The notes under the pieces: model-generated | The model's database searches: none | Seen by the model: the letters and a program-made list of their open reading frames with translations, nothing else | What the model was told of the DNA's origin: nothing | Program-made: the position numbers and the translations under genes | Source: Callorhinchus milii | Taxonomy: Eukaryota | DNA: 64,000 nt | Assembly (NCBI RefSeq): GCF_018977255.1 | Contig: NW_024704742.1 | Span: forward strand, 112,222,001-112,286,000 | Direction: 5' to 3' | Part shown: in pieces, positions 1 to 13,959 of the stretch | Layout: each line of letters opens with the position of its first letter | How positions within the stretch are numbered: the first letter of the stretch is position 1

Positions 1-544
1 GCTTTATATAAGTTCAAAGATTAGACATGCTAGTGAATATGCTGTGGATAAACCTTGATGCTCAATATGGTGTTAGAACAGAATTGAGCAATGGGGCAGG
101 TTTTTTATCAAGATCATTAAGGCTGGAATTTAAAGAGAAATATAAGTGAGATAGAGTGGATTTAATTTGAGGAGAGATAGTGACACACCAATCGAACATG
201 ATGGAGTTAGAAAGACAGATTCACTGATTTTCGGGGTTCTGCTTTGAAAAAGTGCAAGAAGAAATGGTCACTAGAGGACAGCAATTGCTGCTCCTTTTCA
301 ATAGTTCTGCTTGCTATTTCGAATAGTGGACTTTAAAAAGGTATCAGCAGCAATCACGGCTGCTTTAGACTGATCAAAATGCAAGGTGTGGTTGGCAGAA
401 TTGTTGTGAGATTAATACTGGGCTATTGTTCTTTTGCTTTCTTTAGGAAAAATGTTTCAATGTTTGATATATTGTTTTTGATATTGTGTTCTATTTATAT
501 ATCGTTGTTTTTATTGGTCCTGGATTGGGTAATGATTTCTTCTG

Positions 545-1370
545 TACATACTGGTTCTGTTAGGAATTATGGCTATGTTTGCCAATGCTGAATTAGGAGT
601 TTAGTTTTTCTTAGTCTTTTCAGACTAATGTCACCTTGTTGGTCCTTGGGGCTGCTGCGGTTATTCCAAATTTGAATTAGTCACTGTTTGTCTTCCTGAT
701 TTCTTATCCCTATCTTTCATTAGGTGAACAGAAAATAAACTAAGCAATCCTAATTTGAAACACCCACAACAGCCCCAAGGACTAACAAGGTGACAACCAT
801 TAATGTTGGTCTGAAGAGGCCTGTATTGAAGAAAGGAATAACACAGAAACCCAATCAAGAACAATCAATGCCTAATTCAGAGAATGTATTCTTGCTCAAG
901 GCAAATGCATTGATTTTTAGCATGTCCTGCTTGTGGAAGATCAGTAAGGTCACCTCACTTTAAGTCCATTTGTGTGATTGTTTCGTACTTATGAGAAGGT
1001 CTTTATCATCACTTTATTCAGGATTGCTGAATGTTGGTTGTGGGGTTCAATTTTGTTGGTATTTAAGCCCAAAATTCCAGATCTCATACTTCTCTTTCTG
1101 ACTTCCGTTGCATTGTGCATCTTAACTGAGTTGGGTAAATCTCCTATTGATGGTTGATAGTCTGGAGGTGCTTAGCAGAAAACTTGAGTTTAGCCTGCTG
1201 ATATACCAGACATGTTTGTAATTGGGACAGACAGTGACTAATTCAAATTTGGAATACTCAAAGCAGTTCCAAGGACCAACAAGGTGACCTTAGTCTGAAA
1301 AGATTGAAAAAAAAGTACCTAATCGAATACTGATGACCATTGTCATACCTCCTAACCAAACCTGTTCCCA
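545..1370. repeat. Three diverged copies of one segment, one inverted (cores 615-692 vs 752-818 and 1226-1303)
   Basis: Reverse complement of 615-692 aligns to 1226-1303 and 752-818 (ccaaggaccaacaaggtgac core). Confidence 0.8.
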
Positions 1371-1459
1371 AGAAACTATGTGGCTTTTACCCTATAATAT
1401 AGTTTTGGGAAGGAAGCATTGGTCATAATAGCAATGTTTAGTGGAAGAAGATATCGGTG

Positions 1460-1705
1460 CATTCTGTTCAGATGAACGTTAAAGATCCCATGGCACTGTT
1501 CGAAAAGATAAGGAAGTTTCTCCCAGTATCTTAGCCCATAATCCCCCAAATAAAATTGATCATTCGTTTCATCACTTGTGGGATATTGCTGTGCTCAGCT
1601 GTGCTGCCTACAAATACAGTCACTCCATTTCACAGTAATTCCAGTGAAGCGCTTTGAGACGTTTTGACTTGATAAGGCACTTTAACAATTGCAAGGATTA
1701 TTATC
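1460..1705 (+). mobile_element. DeuSINE (SacSINE1/AmnSINE-like) 3' part
   Basis: gttaaagatcccatggcact...tgtgggatattgctgtg...gcaaggattattat. Confidence 0.8.
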
Positions 1706-2239
1706 ATATGATTTGTGAAGTGTACTATTTCTCTACATTGACTGGAGGTACAAGTTATGTAAAATTATGTATCTTCTGCACAGTGACCTGTTGATTAACC
1801 TTGCTAAGTTACTCAAAAATTTCTGAGTTGAAATAGGTTTGTACATGCAAAACATTGTGCTTCCAAAAGTTGCTAGAATTGAAAACCATGCAAATTGCAA
1901 TTGAAGTGGCAATACATATGAAAGCACAGTACTTATTATGGCTCATGTTTTCCTGGAATCCTACTTTTACTTATCTGGTAGGGATATTGCATGGTTGCTG
2001 GTAGAGTAATGAACATACCCACAATTGACCCATGCACAACTATGGCTTTGTAGGCATTCCACCTCTTTATTTGTAAAAATAAGTTTTACATTTTCCCTGC
2101 AGTTACAAAACTATGGATTATATAGAAAAATTCATAAAGGCCTTGAATTATTTTCAGCATTATGTTACTGGCCTACTTGGGAAGGTGTGAAAATGTAGAA
2201 ATCTGGTTGTTTGTAGATGGTAGTGTCACTCTGGTGCAA

Positions 2240-2636
2240 AAGTGTTCCAAATCCTCCTCCAAGGCCTTGCCCCTCCCTACTTCTGCGACCTGCTGACCAC
2301 ATGTCAACCGTCCGTTCCCTCCGCTCAGCAGGCTCTGGCCTGCTCCACGTGCTACGGATGGCCCGCTATACCATCGGCGGCCGAGCCTTCAGCCTTTCTG
2401 CCCCCACCCTATGGAACTCCATCCAACATTCCCTTCGCCTCACTCCCTCTCTTGCCTCCTTCAAGGCCCATCTCAAAACCCTCCTCTTCGACCGAGCCTT
2501 CGGTTACCCTCTACCCTTCTTGCCCTCCACCCTCCCTGATCCCGACCCTTAGCTCGGGTCCAAATCCCTGACTGTCCAGTACCTTGTGACGTCCTCTGGA
2601 CCTGAAATGCACTATAGAAATGTAATTTGTATTGTA
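2240..2636 (+). mobile_element. L2 LINE 3' fragment
   Basis: [41 protein letters not shown] motifs; T-rich tail. Confidence 0.88.
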
Positions 2637-5600
2637 TTTTCTAATTTTAGAATCCCTAGTCTTGATGAGTACAATAAATTCACAACAACAAAAAAAAGTA
2701 AAACGTGGGGCAGGTAATTTGCAAGGTGAAAAGATGTTTTAAAAAGTAACATACTGAATATATTCTACATGAATATCTGTGCTGGGACAACATTTTGTGG
2801 TTTGTGGAGAATTTAAAGGAACGGTCCCAAGGTCGGGTGTTTCAATTAAGTTATAGTCCTATTTGAAAATTAACTTGTCATAGTGTGGGTGAATGAACTG
2901 ATTTGGGATTGCCATCTGACTGGCATTTCTAAACCTAAGTGCAGAATGGTTTGTTTGTCTGAACAAAAACTCCCAAGACACTATGCAGAGCCAGTGCTCA
3001 ATGACGGAGTAATCAGCTTCTACACCCGAGCTTGAGAAATGCCATGGAGATGGTTGACAGACAAATTAGTATGCAAGAAGATGAGAATTTTTAGGAACAG
3101 ATGAAAATCTTTCAGTGCAACATATCTCTTTTTGGTTGACGTAAACTCTACCATATCTTTCAATTCCCTCTCTTTCCAGAAAACATGAGTCTGTCTCTTG
3201 AATCTAATTATGCAGTCTGCTTCAATGGCTTCCAGGAACATATTTTAGAAATGCATTATCCTTTATGAAAATAATGAATGCTTTGCCTGACTTCCTTTCT
3301 TCCTCCTAGCTTTTAACTTTTGAACTGTTTGCAATGTGAACAACTTTAAGGGCCTTTAAAATCTTTTTTTAAATTGTTGTTTTTTACCGATTAAATGCGC
3401 AAAATCTTTTTGTGTACATCAATCGGTAAAGTTGATTTTTCTTTCGAATTTGATTTTTACAAAAGGTGTGTATGCATCAGTGCATCAGTGCATTGTGAAT
3501 CCAGTTTGCTTGTGAGTGGAGTTGCTAACAGCATTTTTGTGTCCATGGTAACTATATGCACAATAGGATTTTTTTTTCACGGGTAAGCATTTAATACTGC
3601 ACCAACTAGTGCAGTGTAACGGTGGAGATAGAAAATGCCACAGAAAGAGACAGTGATAGAAGATAAGAAAGAAGAACACTCCATGAGAGAGAGGAGCAGG
3701 CGCAGAGAGAGAGAGTAGCACAATGGGGTACTACAATGGCATTTTAACTCTTGAAACAATTTTTAGTTAGTGCAATAATCCATTTGTATTTTGTATGGTG
3801 GCCAATTATCTGCACTGTTTGCTTATCTGCAATGGAGCAACAACAAATCAATGTGGATAATAGTTTCACTCATTCATTGTATTCACCAATAAACTGCTTG
3901 TAGTATTGTACTTTTATAAGTTTTTGATGTTCCAAAATCTAATTTTCATTGAATTTACCTGTTTTTTTGTTGAATTCTCTTCCCCATCTGAATTTTCTCA
4001 TAATTAACCCCAAAAAACAACAAAAAATTGTGGATTTAAACAATGAATTTAATAGTCCTTAACAATTTGCCAGCGTTAACTGTGTCAGCCTTTCTCCCCC
4101 CACCCTTTCATTAGATGAGCACAAAGTTGTTTCATTTCTTTAAGAAATGCATCTAACTTCCATAACATTTCCTCATATTTTACATTGCTGACACAGAATT
4201 CTGCTGCTTGCCTCTATACCTTCTCAAGTACAATAGAATCCTTGCTATGAGGTGATTGAGGTGACATGATCTAATAGCACCTTATACAGCAACAAAATAT
4301 CCTATTTTGAGTTATACTGAAAATCTAATGCGACCCAATACCCTATTCACCATTTTTATTGCAGTCGAGAAATAGGTTGGATAAGTAGATCCTTATAATA
4401 AGAGTGGTTAGGGGTTCCATAATATCCCAACCAGCATTATAATTGGGTCCAATTGCCTTTCAGCTCTTCTGAAGGCTCGTATGCTTAGAAAGCTAGCTGG
4501 CTTTAAAACACCAACTGACTTTTCACACACTAAGAAATGGCCAACTTCCAGGCTATTAGGTTGCTGCCAGTGTTGTTTGTGCAGTGTGCAGGAAGTGACA
4601 ACAAACTGATGACTTGGAAGTTGGCATTGGAAGTTTAACACACCAGAAGCCAGTTAGTATTTCTCGGTTGGGTGTAGTAGGGAGCCTACTCTCCAATAAG
4701 TGTACCCATGATAGAACAAAGCATGTTTGTTATAACTGTTACACTGCAGTTTCATGAATGTTGCCACACTAATCTCTAGATCTTGCTTGATAGATTGCTG
4801 AAGGCAATATATTTAACACATTCTCCCTCTTTTGGTTCTTTAATTCCACGTTAATGTATTTTGCAGTTGTTTATACTTGATATCCATCCAGTGGCCTAGT
4901 TGTCTAAAAGATCCAAACATTTCTAAATCTCTTTCTTATGACTTGCTCTGCTTCCTCTTGTAGGATCATCTACAAAATTATTTCCTCTTTATTAATATAT
5001 TGAGAAACTGAGGCGAAGGGCCAAGTAGACTGTTGAAAATGTGAGAGAAAATTAAACCAATCTAAGAAATAGTGCTTGGATTGCCACCAAAGTTGGCGCT
5101 TTTAATACCTGCTAATCTTTAGATTGAGGGAAGATTGAGAGATGTACATTTTACAGTTTAGAAACCCTGGAAATTTGAAGTAGCAAGTAATTCAATGATG
5201 TTTGAATTCAGCATAGTAAGGAGGAGGTATAGACTACAAGATAATGTATTTGGAGCTAGAAGGAAATTTTCAGAAGAGCAACAGAAGGCTTACTATCTTT
5301 CACCAAATCAATAGCCATCTCCTGGATTGCTAAACTGGTAATCTCTTTTCATCCTGAAAAACTATTTTATGGTAATCTATTCCTCATGCAATTAATTAAC
5401 CAGTGTCTCATTATATCCGCAATTCTATAACTCCTTGCTTCCCATCAGTCACCAATTTGAAACCTTGTCAAAAGCCATTTATTTACTGTATTAGCATTTG
5501 TCCAGCAAAGTTCATCTGTGTGTTAAAATGTCATATAAATTGAATGTGAGCCTGTATTCAAACAAAATAGTCGGAAGTTTCCACGCAGAGAGCCATCAGT

Positions 5601-5744
5601 CTATGGGTTGAGAACATGGATGCCACAAGTGGCTGTTGAATCAGAGACTATAACGTTGGAAAAGGAATCTGAAGAGGAAGAATATTAAATGTTACAGGAA
5701 AGGAGCAGGGAATTGGGATCAAAGTAGTTCTTTCCAGTGGATGA

Positions 5745-6110
5745 AAGACTTTTATTTGTCAGTCAGGTCAGGACCATACATGGGAACTCACCAAATTGAA
5801 TGACTAGTTCCATAAACGTATGATTCCTGCTTTATCTGGTATGATGTGCACAGTGCCTCCCCAGAGGAATGCACCCCACTTACCTAACTCCAGAAAATTT
5901 ACATGGAGGTTGGCAAAGGCCTGGGGTTACCAAACCATACATTGGAGGTACCAGTGGAGTTTAACCAGCTAAAAACATAACACTGATAGGTAAGCTTTCT
6001 GCTGCTTGTGCAGTTAGGACCACTGATTATGTCTTTGACTTGCAGGGTTATCTGGCGTCAAGTAGAAAACATCCCAGCTCCCAGTGACTGGTCTGCTTCT
6101 CTAATTATTT
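5745..6110 (-). repeat. Unclassified dispersed repeat family X, copy 1
   Basis: Reverse complement aligns to 37150-37560 and 30580-30980 (taaccctgcaag, gtggtcctaactg, ttttagctgg, ttgccaacct). Confidence 0.7.
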
Positions 6111-6699
6111 TGTATATCAGCTGCTCCATTGTGAACATGAGATATGACATGGAATGGCACAGAGTGGGAAAATTGTGGTGCAAAAGCAAAATTTTAGCTA
6201 ACTGAATACTTTATCCTCTTGAAAATGTAATAGGGTAAGAAGCTGGTTGTTTTTATGTACTGCAGTACAAGGATCAGTCATAAGTCTGTACTGAAGAATA
6301 CTGAGAGGTTTCCACATGATCAACTTGCAACAGCTTTTTTATTTAAGATTTTTAAAGCAAATTTATGATTCAAAACTAATGATTCATTTTAGAGTCTCCT
6401 AAATATTAGAAATTAGTGAAGTGACCCGCACTGTACTTGGCATGGGCCCAGTATTTTAGATGAAATGTATGCCCTGCACATGCTGAATTGTGAATCAATG
6501 ATTCATTCAACAAGTATCTGCGTTGATTCAGCAAAATCGGCATCCTTTCCTCAACCAGACAGAATTATTAATTGGTTTACATTAAAAACTAAAAAAAGTT
6601 GATTCCATTGAATGAATGGAAATGGTCAATTTCTAGGTCTATGTCAACTGAGCACGTGCCTTCATTCAGTTTAAAATCATGGAATCCCACTAGATGGTG

Positions 6700-7026
6700 C
6701 AGTACCTTTCATGTTGCGAAGACGTCTCTAAGTGCTTCACAGGTATTACTGCAGAGCATAGGCAAACGGCAGCCAATTTTCGCAAAACAATATCCCACAA
6801 ACAGCCATGAATTCAATGACCAGATTTATCTGGGGGTTGTTGGCCAAGACACTGCGAGAAACTCCCTTATCTTTATGAATGGTGCCATGGGATCTTCTAA
6901 TGTCCATCTCAACAGCACTGTATTGGAGTACAGGTATCAGCCTAGACTGATTTAAAAGCCCTTACGCGGGGCTTGAATCCACAATATTCTGATTTAGAGT
7001 GCTACCAACTGAGCCAGGTTGACACC
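6700..7026 (-). mobile_element. DeuSINE copy
   Basis: gtgccatgggatctt Deu motif; head gctaccaactgagccagg on minus strand. Confidence 0.8.
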
Positions 7027-7905
7027 ACATAGTGTACACTGTTTCAGATAGACTCACTTGGAGCTCTTTTGGTTGTATCTCTATATTAGACTGGGCCTTG
7101 TCTTCTACTGAAAAACAGATTAATTTATTTTATGCCTAAACATGAGGGGTGTTATTTCTGGAAATGGAAGGTTTTGCTGTTCCATAGAGCCTGTATCAAT
7201 ATTAATAGTTAGGATCAAATTACATAATCATTCCCTTAATCTGCAGTATTCTTTCAGGGCAATAGTGCATCACTAAATCTTTGATCTCTTCCACATCACT
7301 TGGAGCAAATGCAATATTTTCTTTTATTTCAATTCTTCAGAGATTCAGTTTATTTCAGTCTCTAACAAGTCCAACCAAACACTGCTGCCTCAATTAATAA
7401 TAATAATAATCCTTGCATTTGATATAGTGCTTCACAGAATGTGCTGTAAAGTGAATTGACCGTATATTTGTGAGCAAAACGTTAATACTCTAAATAAAAA
7501 AATTAATGCTCTAAATTTAGTCTTGTTTCATCTATACTCCCCATCTCACACACACACACACACCCCCGGCTCGGTCAGGCTCCGCCTCTGGTAAGTGCCT
7601 TGAGATGCTAACCTTGTGGAGCGCGATATATAAGTGCAAGTTGTTGCTGTAAACATTAATTCCATGAGTTAACAGAGAATTCCTTTATTTGCTCCATTGC
7701 TACTTCCAAGATACCTTTTATGCCACACTACTTTTTTTTTATTACCTCCCAACTTGCTGTAAAAGTTGAAGACGTGTATGTTGTTCTGATATCCGAGTTT
7801 GTTCTTCCAAATCTCCTGGGAGATCTCGGTTGGGAGGTAAAGTTGCTCTTCTCTAGTTGGTATGATATGCAGAGAATACATTACAGAAAACTGTTGATTT
7901 CCTAA

Positions 7906-8109
<204 letters not shown>

Positions 8110-8261
8110 TAATTGCTGTTGCAAAAACTTTAGATTATCTATCCGAGATTCATCAAAGTAGCTGTTGTCTGTGTTGCTCAAAATGTCTGTGTTCAAATAG
8201 TATCTTCCATTTTGAGCTATTTGGAAGATTATCTGATGTTTCTTCTATCTTGCTTTCTATT

Positions 8262-9372
8262 TTCGGGTTTCCGTGCTGCCCATAGAACAGAAACCGCCCT
8301 GGTCAAGGTCACTAATGACATCTTGACCTCTGCGACCAGGGCTCCCTCGTCCTCCTCGACGTATTGGCCGCATTCGATACGGTCGGTCATGCTCTCCTCC
8401 ACCGCTTGTCCTCCCACCTCAACCTTCAAGGCCCTGTCCTTGAGTGGTTCAGGTCATACCTCTCCCACCGTCTTCATTTTGTTTCCACTAACGGATTTTC
8501 CTCCAGCCCCCGCACTGTCTCGTGCGGTGTCCCTCAGGGCTCTGTCCTCGGACCCCTCCTCTTCACGCTGACAGCATCAGCATCCAAGGCTGCACTCTCC
8601 ACCTCTCAAAGACAGTCAGGAACCTCAGCATTCTGTTCGACCCTGAGCTGTCCTTTCTTCCTAATATCCGCACCACAACTGGCACCACCTTCCATCACCT
8701 CCGAAACATCGCCAGACTACGGCACTACCTCACCCCTCACGCTGCTGAAACTCTGGTCCACGCCTTTATCACCTCAAGGCTGGACTATGGGAACTCTCTC
8801 TTCGCCGGCCTTCCCGGCACCTCCCTCCACAAGCAGCAGGTCATTCAGAACTCTGCAGCTCGTGTACTGTCCCGCACCAGGCTTCGCGACCACATCACTC
8901 CCACCCTCGCTCGCCTCCACTGGCTCCCCATCCCCCAGAGGATCGAATTCAAGATCCTCATCCTCACCTACAAGGCCATTCACAGCTTTGCTCCCTCTCT
9001 CCGACCTACTATCCCCCTACTTACCTGCCCGTACCCTCCATTCCTCTGGCTCCGGTCTGCTCCACATCCCCCGCCCCAACCGCCCTACCATCGGTGGCCG
9101 GGCCTTCAGCCTCTCAGCCCCGAGGCTCTGGAACTCCATCCCCCAGTGCCTTCGCCGCCTCCTCCCTTTCCTCCTTCAAGGCCGGTCTCAAGACCTTTCT
9201 CTTCGACCGTGCCTTCAGCTCCCCTCTCGACTCTCTACCTCCTCTTCACTCCCTCCCTTCCCTCCCCTCACCATTTCCCCCCTGCTCGGGTCCCGATCCA
9301 ATTGTCCAGCACCTTGGGATGTCCTCCCGATGTGAAAGGCGCTGTATAAATGGAATCTTGTTGTTTGTTGTA
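8262..9372 (+). mobile_element. L2 LINE RT 3' part, internally deleted
   Basis: [68 protein letters not shown] region missing near 8570; tail tgtgaaaggcgctgtataaatg...ttgttg. Confidence 0.92.
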
Positions 9373-10396
9373 TTTAATGACTTACTTGATACCATTGATT
9401 TTAAATTAAATTTAAATCTCGAATCCAAGTTTTCAAAAAGTTATCAAAAGAACAGAAGCACCTTGGTTTGAAAAGGAAGTTGTGAGATACCTAATCAGAT
9501 TATTTAAATTATCAGATGAACGTGGCATGCTTTGCCCTCGAGGGAAAGTATCAATGATTCCATATATCCATCTACTTATGAGTCATGATTATTTTTCTCA
9601 TAATTCCTTTCTCTCCCTTGTATCTACCTGCATCATCCCATACCAAGAGAACAGGTAGGAGATCTGTCCCCAAGTCTTTGTTAGTGCTGCTGTATAATGT
9701 CCTACTGGAAGTAATTAAATACTGTAGGTTATGGATTGGTGCAAAGAATGAAGCTGGTCTAGCTGCAGATCTAAACATAATACAAGTTTGTGAGATGTAA
9801 AAAATTTAAAGCTTCACTATAATAAAATAAGAATATCAAGATGCAAGAAGAGTACCGAAGATGAAACTAGGTATGTGAAAAACTAGAGTTGGTCCCACAA
9901 ATGCAGTTAATATGTTTAATTTAATCTTGTTTTGTAATACAGCATATATTTGATTTAATCTCAGAAATGTTGGGGTGCAGGGCAAATGCTAAGTTTCCAA
10001 CAGACAACCAAATTTCCTTTCCTCAGTTTCGACAAAAGGTATGCTGAAGGTTTAAGCAATAAAAACTACCAACAGGATATGGAGTAGTTTACACCGCCTC
10101 CTCTTTGGATTTATAGTTGCAACTAATTTATTTCCTCCACTATATTTGGGTTTCTGTGCATTTTCTTCCCTCCAGAATTTCGCTACAAACAATGTGGTTA
10201 AGAATGAGAACTCAACAAGAGAATCATCAAATGAACAAATGTACATCTAACAATGTATAGCAAAGAAAAGAAAGTAGCTTGCTAGAAAGTGCATGATCTC
10301 GTATTTTAGATAACTGTGGAAATCAGGTTCTCAATAATTTTTAGTTGTTCACATTAGGTAAGAGGCAGAAATTCAAAGCTTGTTTAAAATCCTTAA

Positions 10397-10687
<291 letters not shown>

Positions 10688-12029
10688 TGAAAAGTTCTTT
10701 AAAAAGAACACAATGGCTGTGTCACAGTCACAGTTTTCCTTTCAAAATAACACTGAGAAAAGAATAATGTTTCAATCCAGTGTTGTTATAAATGAAAATA
10801 TTTAATGACCCTTAGAAGCATCTTTTCCTTACATTCATTAAAATCTTATATGTAAAAAGCATCACTTGTATTTTTGTATTTCACTTTTCCTGGCCAAAGC
10901 AGTTGTCTTCTACTTTCATTTCGTCACCCATCAGTGAGTGGGAACAACTCACCAAGGTAATATCCTCTGAAGTCATATGATTTTGAACTCGTACCAAAAA
11001 AAATTTGACACGTCGTCTGTTCTTTTTTTCTGCTAAACTTCTCAATCTAAACAAAATTTAGATTTGTGTCTACCATGTATTGTGCTTCATGCACAAGGCC
11101 AGGCTTCTGCTGTTATCTTCTTACATATATTACACCACCTGATCTTAGTTTGGCACACAGAATTATTGGCACAAAAAAAACTGCTATTTGTGGCAGACGT
11201 GTAATATTTCATAAGTTACGTTGATCTCATCTGAACTTTCATCTTTGTTTTGAAACTCTCAGGTCACTTTCAGAGTGACTTTCACTCTGCAGCCATCTAG
11301 ACTAGACAATGAGTATAATTAAATTGCCGGATAAAGCATTCTTGTTACTTCCAGCAGAAATTACTGGATAGTAGGAAAAGTAGGAATGTTGGCAAAATTT
11401 TGTTACTACTTCTCAGTCGCTCAAGAAAATTGAGTCCAGTTGTGTTCCTACTGGCTAAGAACAGTTAACTTGTCACACACCACAGAACAAACCGGGGACT
11501 TGTTTGGTCTCCTTGGGTGGTGCATTTGTGGACTGAGGAGAACATATCAGCGAGAATATCTCAACATTCCACTGAATGTTAGATAATAGTTGAGGTTTAA
11601 GTTGCTCAAAATAATTCTCTCAATCCTTTCCTGCAGATACAGTACAATACAAATATTACTCCATTGACATTTTTCGAAATTTGAAATTCTTATCTCATGG
11701 TTTTTAAACTAAAAAAGATAACATTTGTCCTAAACTGTCCTAAGAACATGCAGATTTTGAAAATGCAGGCTTAATGTCGAAGCTGGTTTTCTAAAATTCT
11801 GAAAAGGATTGGTTATTTGTTGCAAACTTAATAAATCCATATTTATCAATTTATAAATCCATAAATTATGGACAGTTGTAATTCTCTCAGGACATGTTTA
11901 TTCCTTTGCTTGTATATGTCTTATAAATGGTTGAGCCAAAATGTGTTATAGATGCCAGTGCACTTAACTACTTAATTTATTTTGGATTGTAACTCATGGG
12001 TTATTTTCATGCCAGATATCGTGTGAACA

Positions 12030-12710
12030 AATGAGTGAATCACCAAACCAGTACGCAACCTTGGTGTCTGGTTCGATCTTCAACTTCTATTTCCTTCCTG
12101 ATCAAGATATCTTTTCTTCATCTCTGCCACATTACCTGCCTCCACCCCTGTCTGGCACCAAGTGCTACTGAAACTCTTATTAACACCTTTGCTATCTCAC
12201 GATTAGACCTCAAATGCACTCCATGTTGATCTCCTTACCTCCAACATCCATAAACTCCAATTTATCCCAAACTCTACCATGCATTTCCACATCCACACCG
12301 AACTCCGCACGGACATCACCCTAATCATCGCGAATTCCACTGTCTTCCTGTGGATTGATTTTGAGGTGCTCATGCTCACCGATAAATCCCTTCATGGACT
12401 AACATCTCTTCATCTCTGATATTCTTCTGCCCCACTCCTGCTTGCCCCCCTTCTATTGGTCTTACTCAGACTTACTACGCATCACCTGCCCTCTGCATCG
12501 TCAGTGGCTGAGCCTTCAAATTCAACTCCTCTATCTTCTGGAATTCCCTCTCTATCTGTGTTTAAGTCCTGTCTTAAACAAAAACCTCTTCAAATATGCT
12601 TCTGGCTACTTCCCCCCTCTCCTTTACTCGAAACCTGACCCCGTTTTTGCACAGTGTTCGGAGACATTGTCTTGCATAAAGAGTGCTATATGCATAAATG
12701 TTGTTTTATT
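12030..12710 (+). mobile_element. Old L2 LINE 3' fragment
   Basis: ATETLINTFAISRLD, degenerate HITP/LHW, L2-type tail. Confidence 0.8.
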
Positions 12711-12747
12711 TTTACTGTCTCAAAATATTAGTTCACTAAAACATTAA

Positions 12748-12948
<201 letters not shown>

Positions 12949-13057
12949 TAATTCTTGTACCTAATCACCACTTCATTTGTTGGGACATCCTCCCGACGTG
13001 AAAGGCGCTATATAAATGTAATTTTGTTGTTGTTTTGCATGTTCAAGTATTTTGTTA

Positions 13058-13467
13058 ATAAAAATAATCCTTACATTTGACATAGCACCTTATGTTGTTG
13101 AGATGTCCCAAAGCATATCACAGGAGATGTAAAGTGGATTTATTGTATTTTGTAAATGAAATGAAGCAGCTAGTTGCGCACAGAAATGTCTCACAAATAG
13201 CCATGGAGTTAGTGACCAATTTTATTTGAGGCTAGGACACCGGGAGAAATTCCTTTTTCTTTTCGAATAGTATCATGGGATCTTAAACATGCACCTAAAC
13301 AAGCAGGTGGGACCTCGGTTTAACGTCTCATCCGAAGGACATCATCTCCGACAATGCAACCACTCTGAAGCACTGCATTGGAGTGTCAGCTTAGACTTTG
13401 TTATGCTTGAACCCAAAACCTTCTGACTCAGCGACGAGAGGGCAACCAATGCACCAGGCTGACACAC
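13058..13467 (-). mobile_element. Near full-length DeuSINE
   Basis: tail ataatccttacatttg, Deu domain cctcggtttaacgtctcatccgaaggac, head ccaggctgacac. Confidence 0.85.
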
Positions 13468-13959
13468 AGTTAAAGCTGTATTGCACAGCTGAGAAGCGAC
13501 CGCAAGGTTTGATATATTCAGTATCTTCGGTATTTCAATGCTGGTGAGGAAAGAATGTTGGAGCAAATATATAAATTATTAAATTGTTAACTTAATTTTG
13601 TTACACTATGAATGAGTAATTGACATCTATTTCCTAAGTTTCGAACCTAACACAATTGTGAAGTGTTAACTTCTACAAGTACAATCTCTTGTTTTTACCT
13701 GGCTTATTAATAAAAATGTTTATTGTGAAAATTAGGCCTTCCATAGACATATTCAAATAAATCAAGAGGCTTTTGAAGTGCCATTTTATTTTTTTCAAAC
13801 CATTACACCAATATCCTAATGGCAAAACTAAATTACCTGCGTACTGTTTTTATAAGTTTCACAGGCAGTTATATTGTCCAGTTAACTTGACTTCTCAAAA
13901 TTGTTTTTACATCAGAGAGATTCTATAGATTTCATGCTTCAAGCCTGAGTTTTCTTTCT

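Noticed and set aside
379..591. ORF MQGVVGRIVV... as TMEM161B exon 2
   Set aside because: Only superficial likeness to MGVIGIQLVV; lacks the expected MQK..PHYSxARWLLCNG and fitting splice sites.
810..1330. Hammerhead ribozymes at ctgaaga (811) and ctgaaaa-gatt...aatc-gaata (1295-1329)
   Set aside because: Core nucleotides are wrong or stems are missing; not supportable.
8364..9349. Long ORFs of 323 and 275 aa as host genes
   Set aside because: Frameshifted L2 RT and its shifted frames; the same applies to ORFs at 43849-45989, 54399-55756 and the CR1 ORF at 61699.
11263..11289. Overlapping short palindromes gtcactttcagagtgactttcactctg
   Set aside because: Stems of 6-8 bp, compatible with chance or local micro-duplication.
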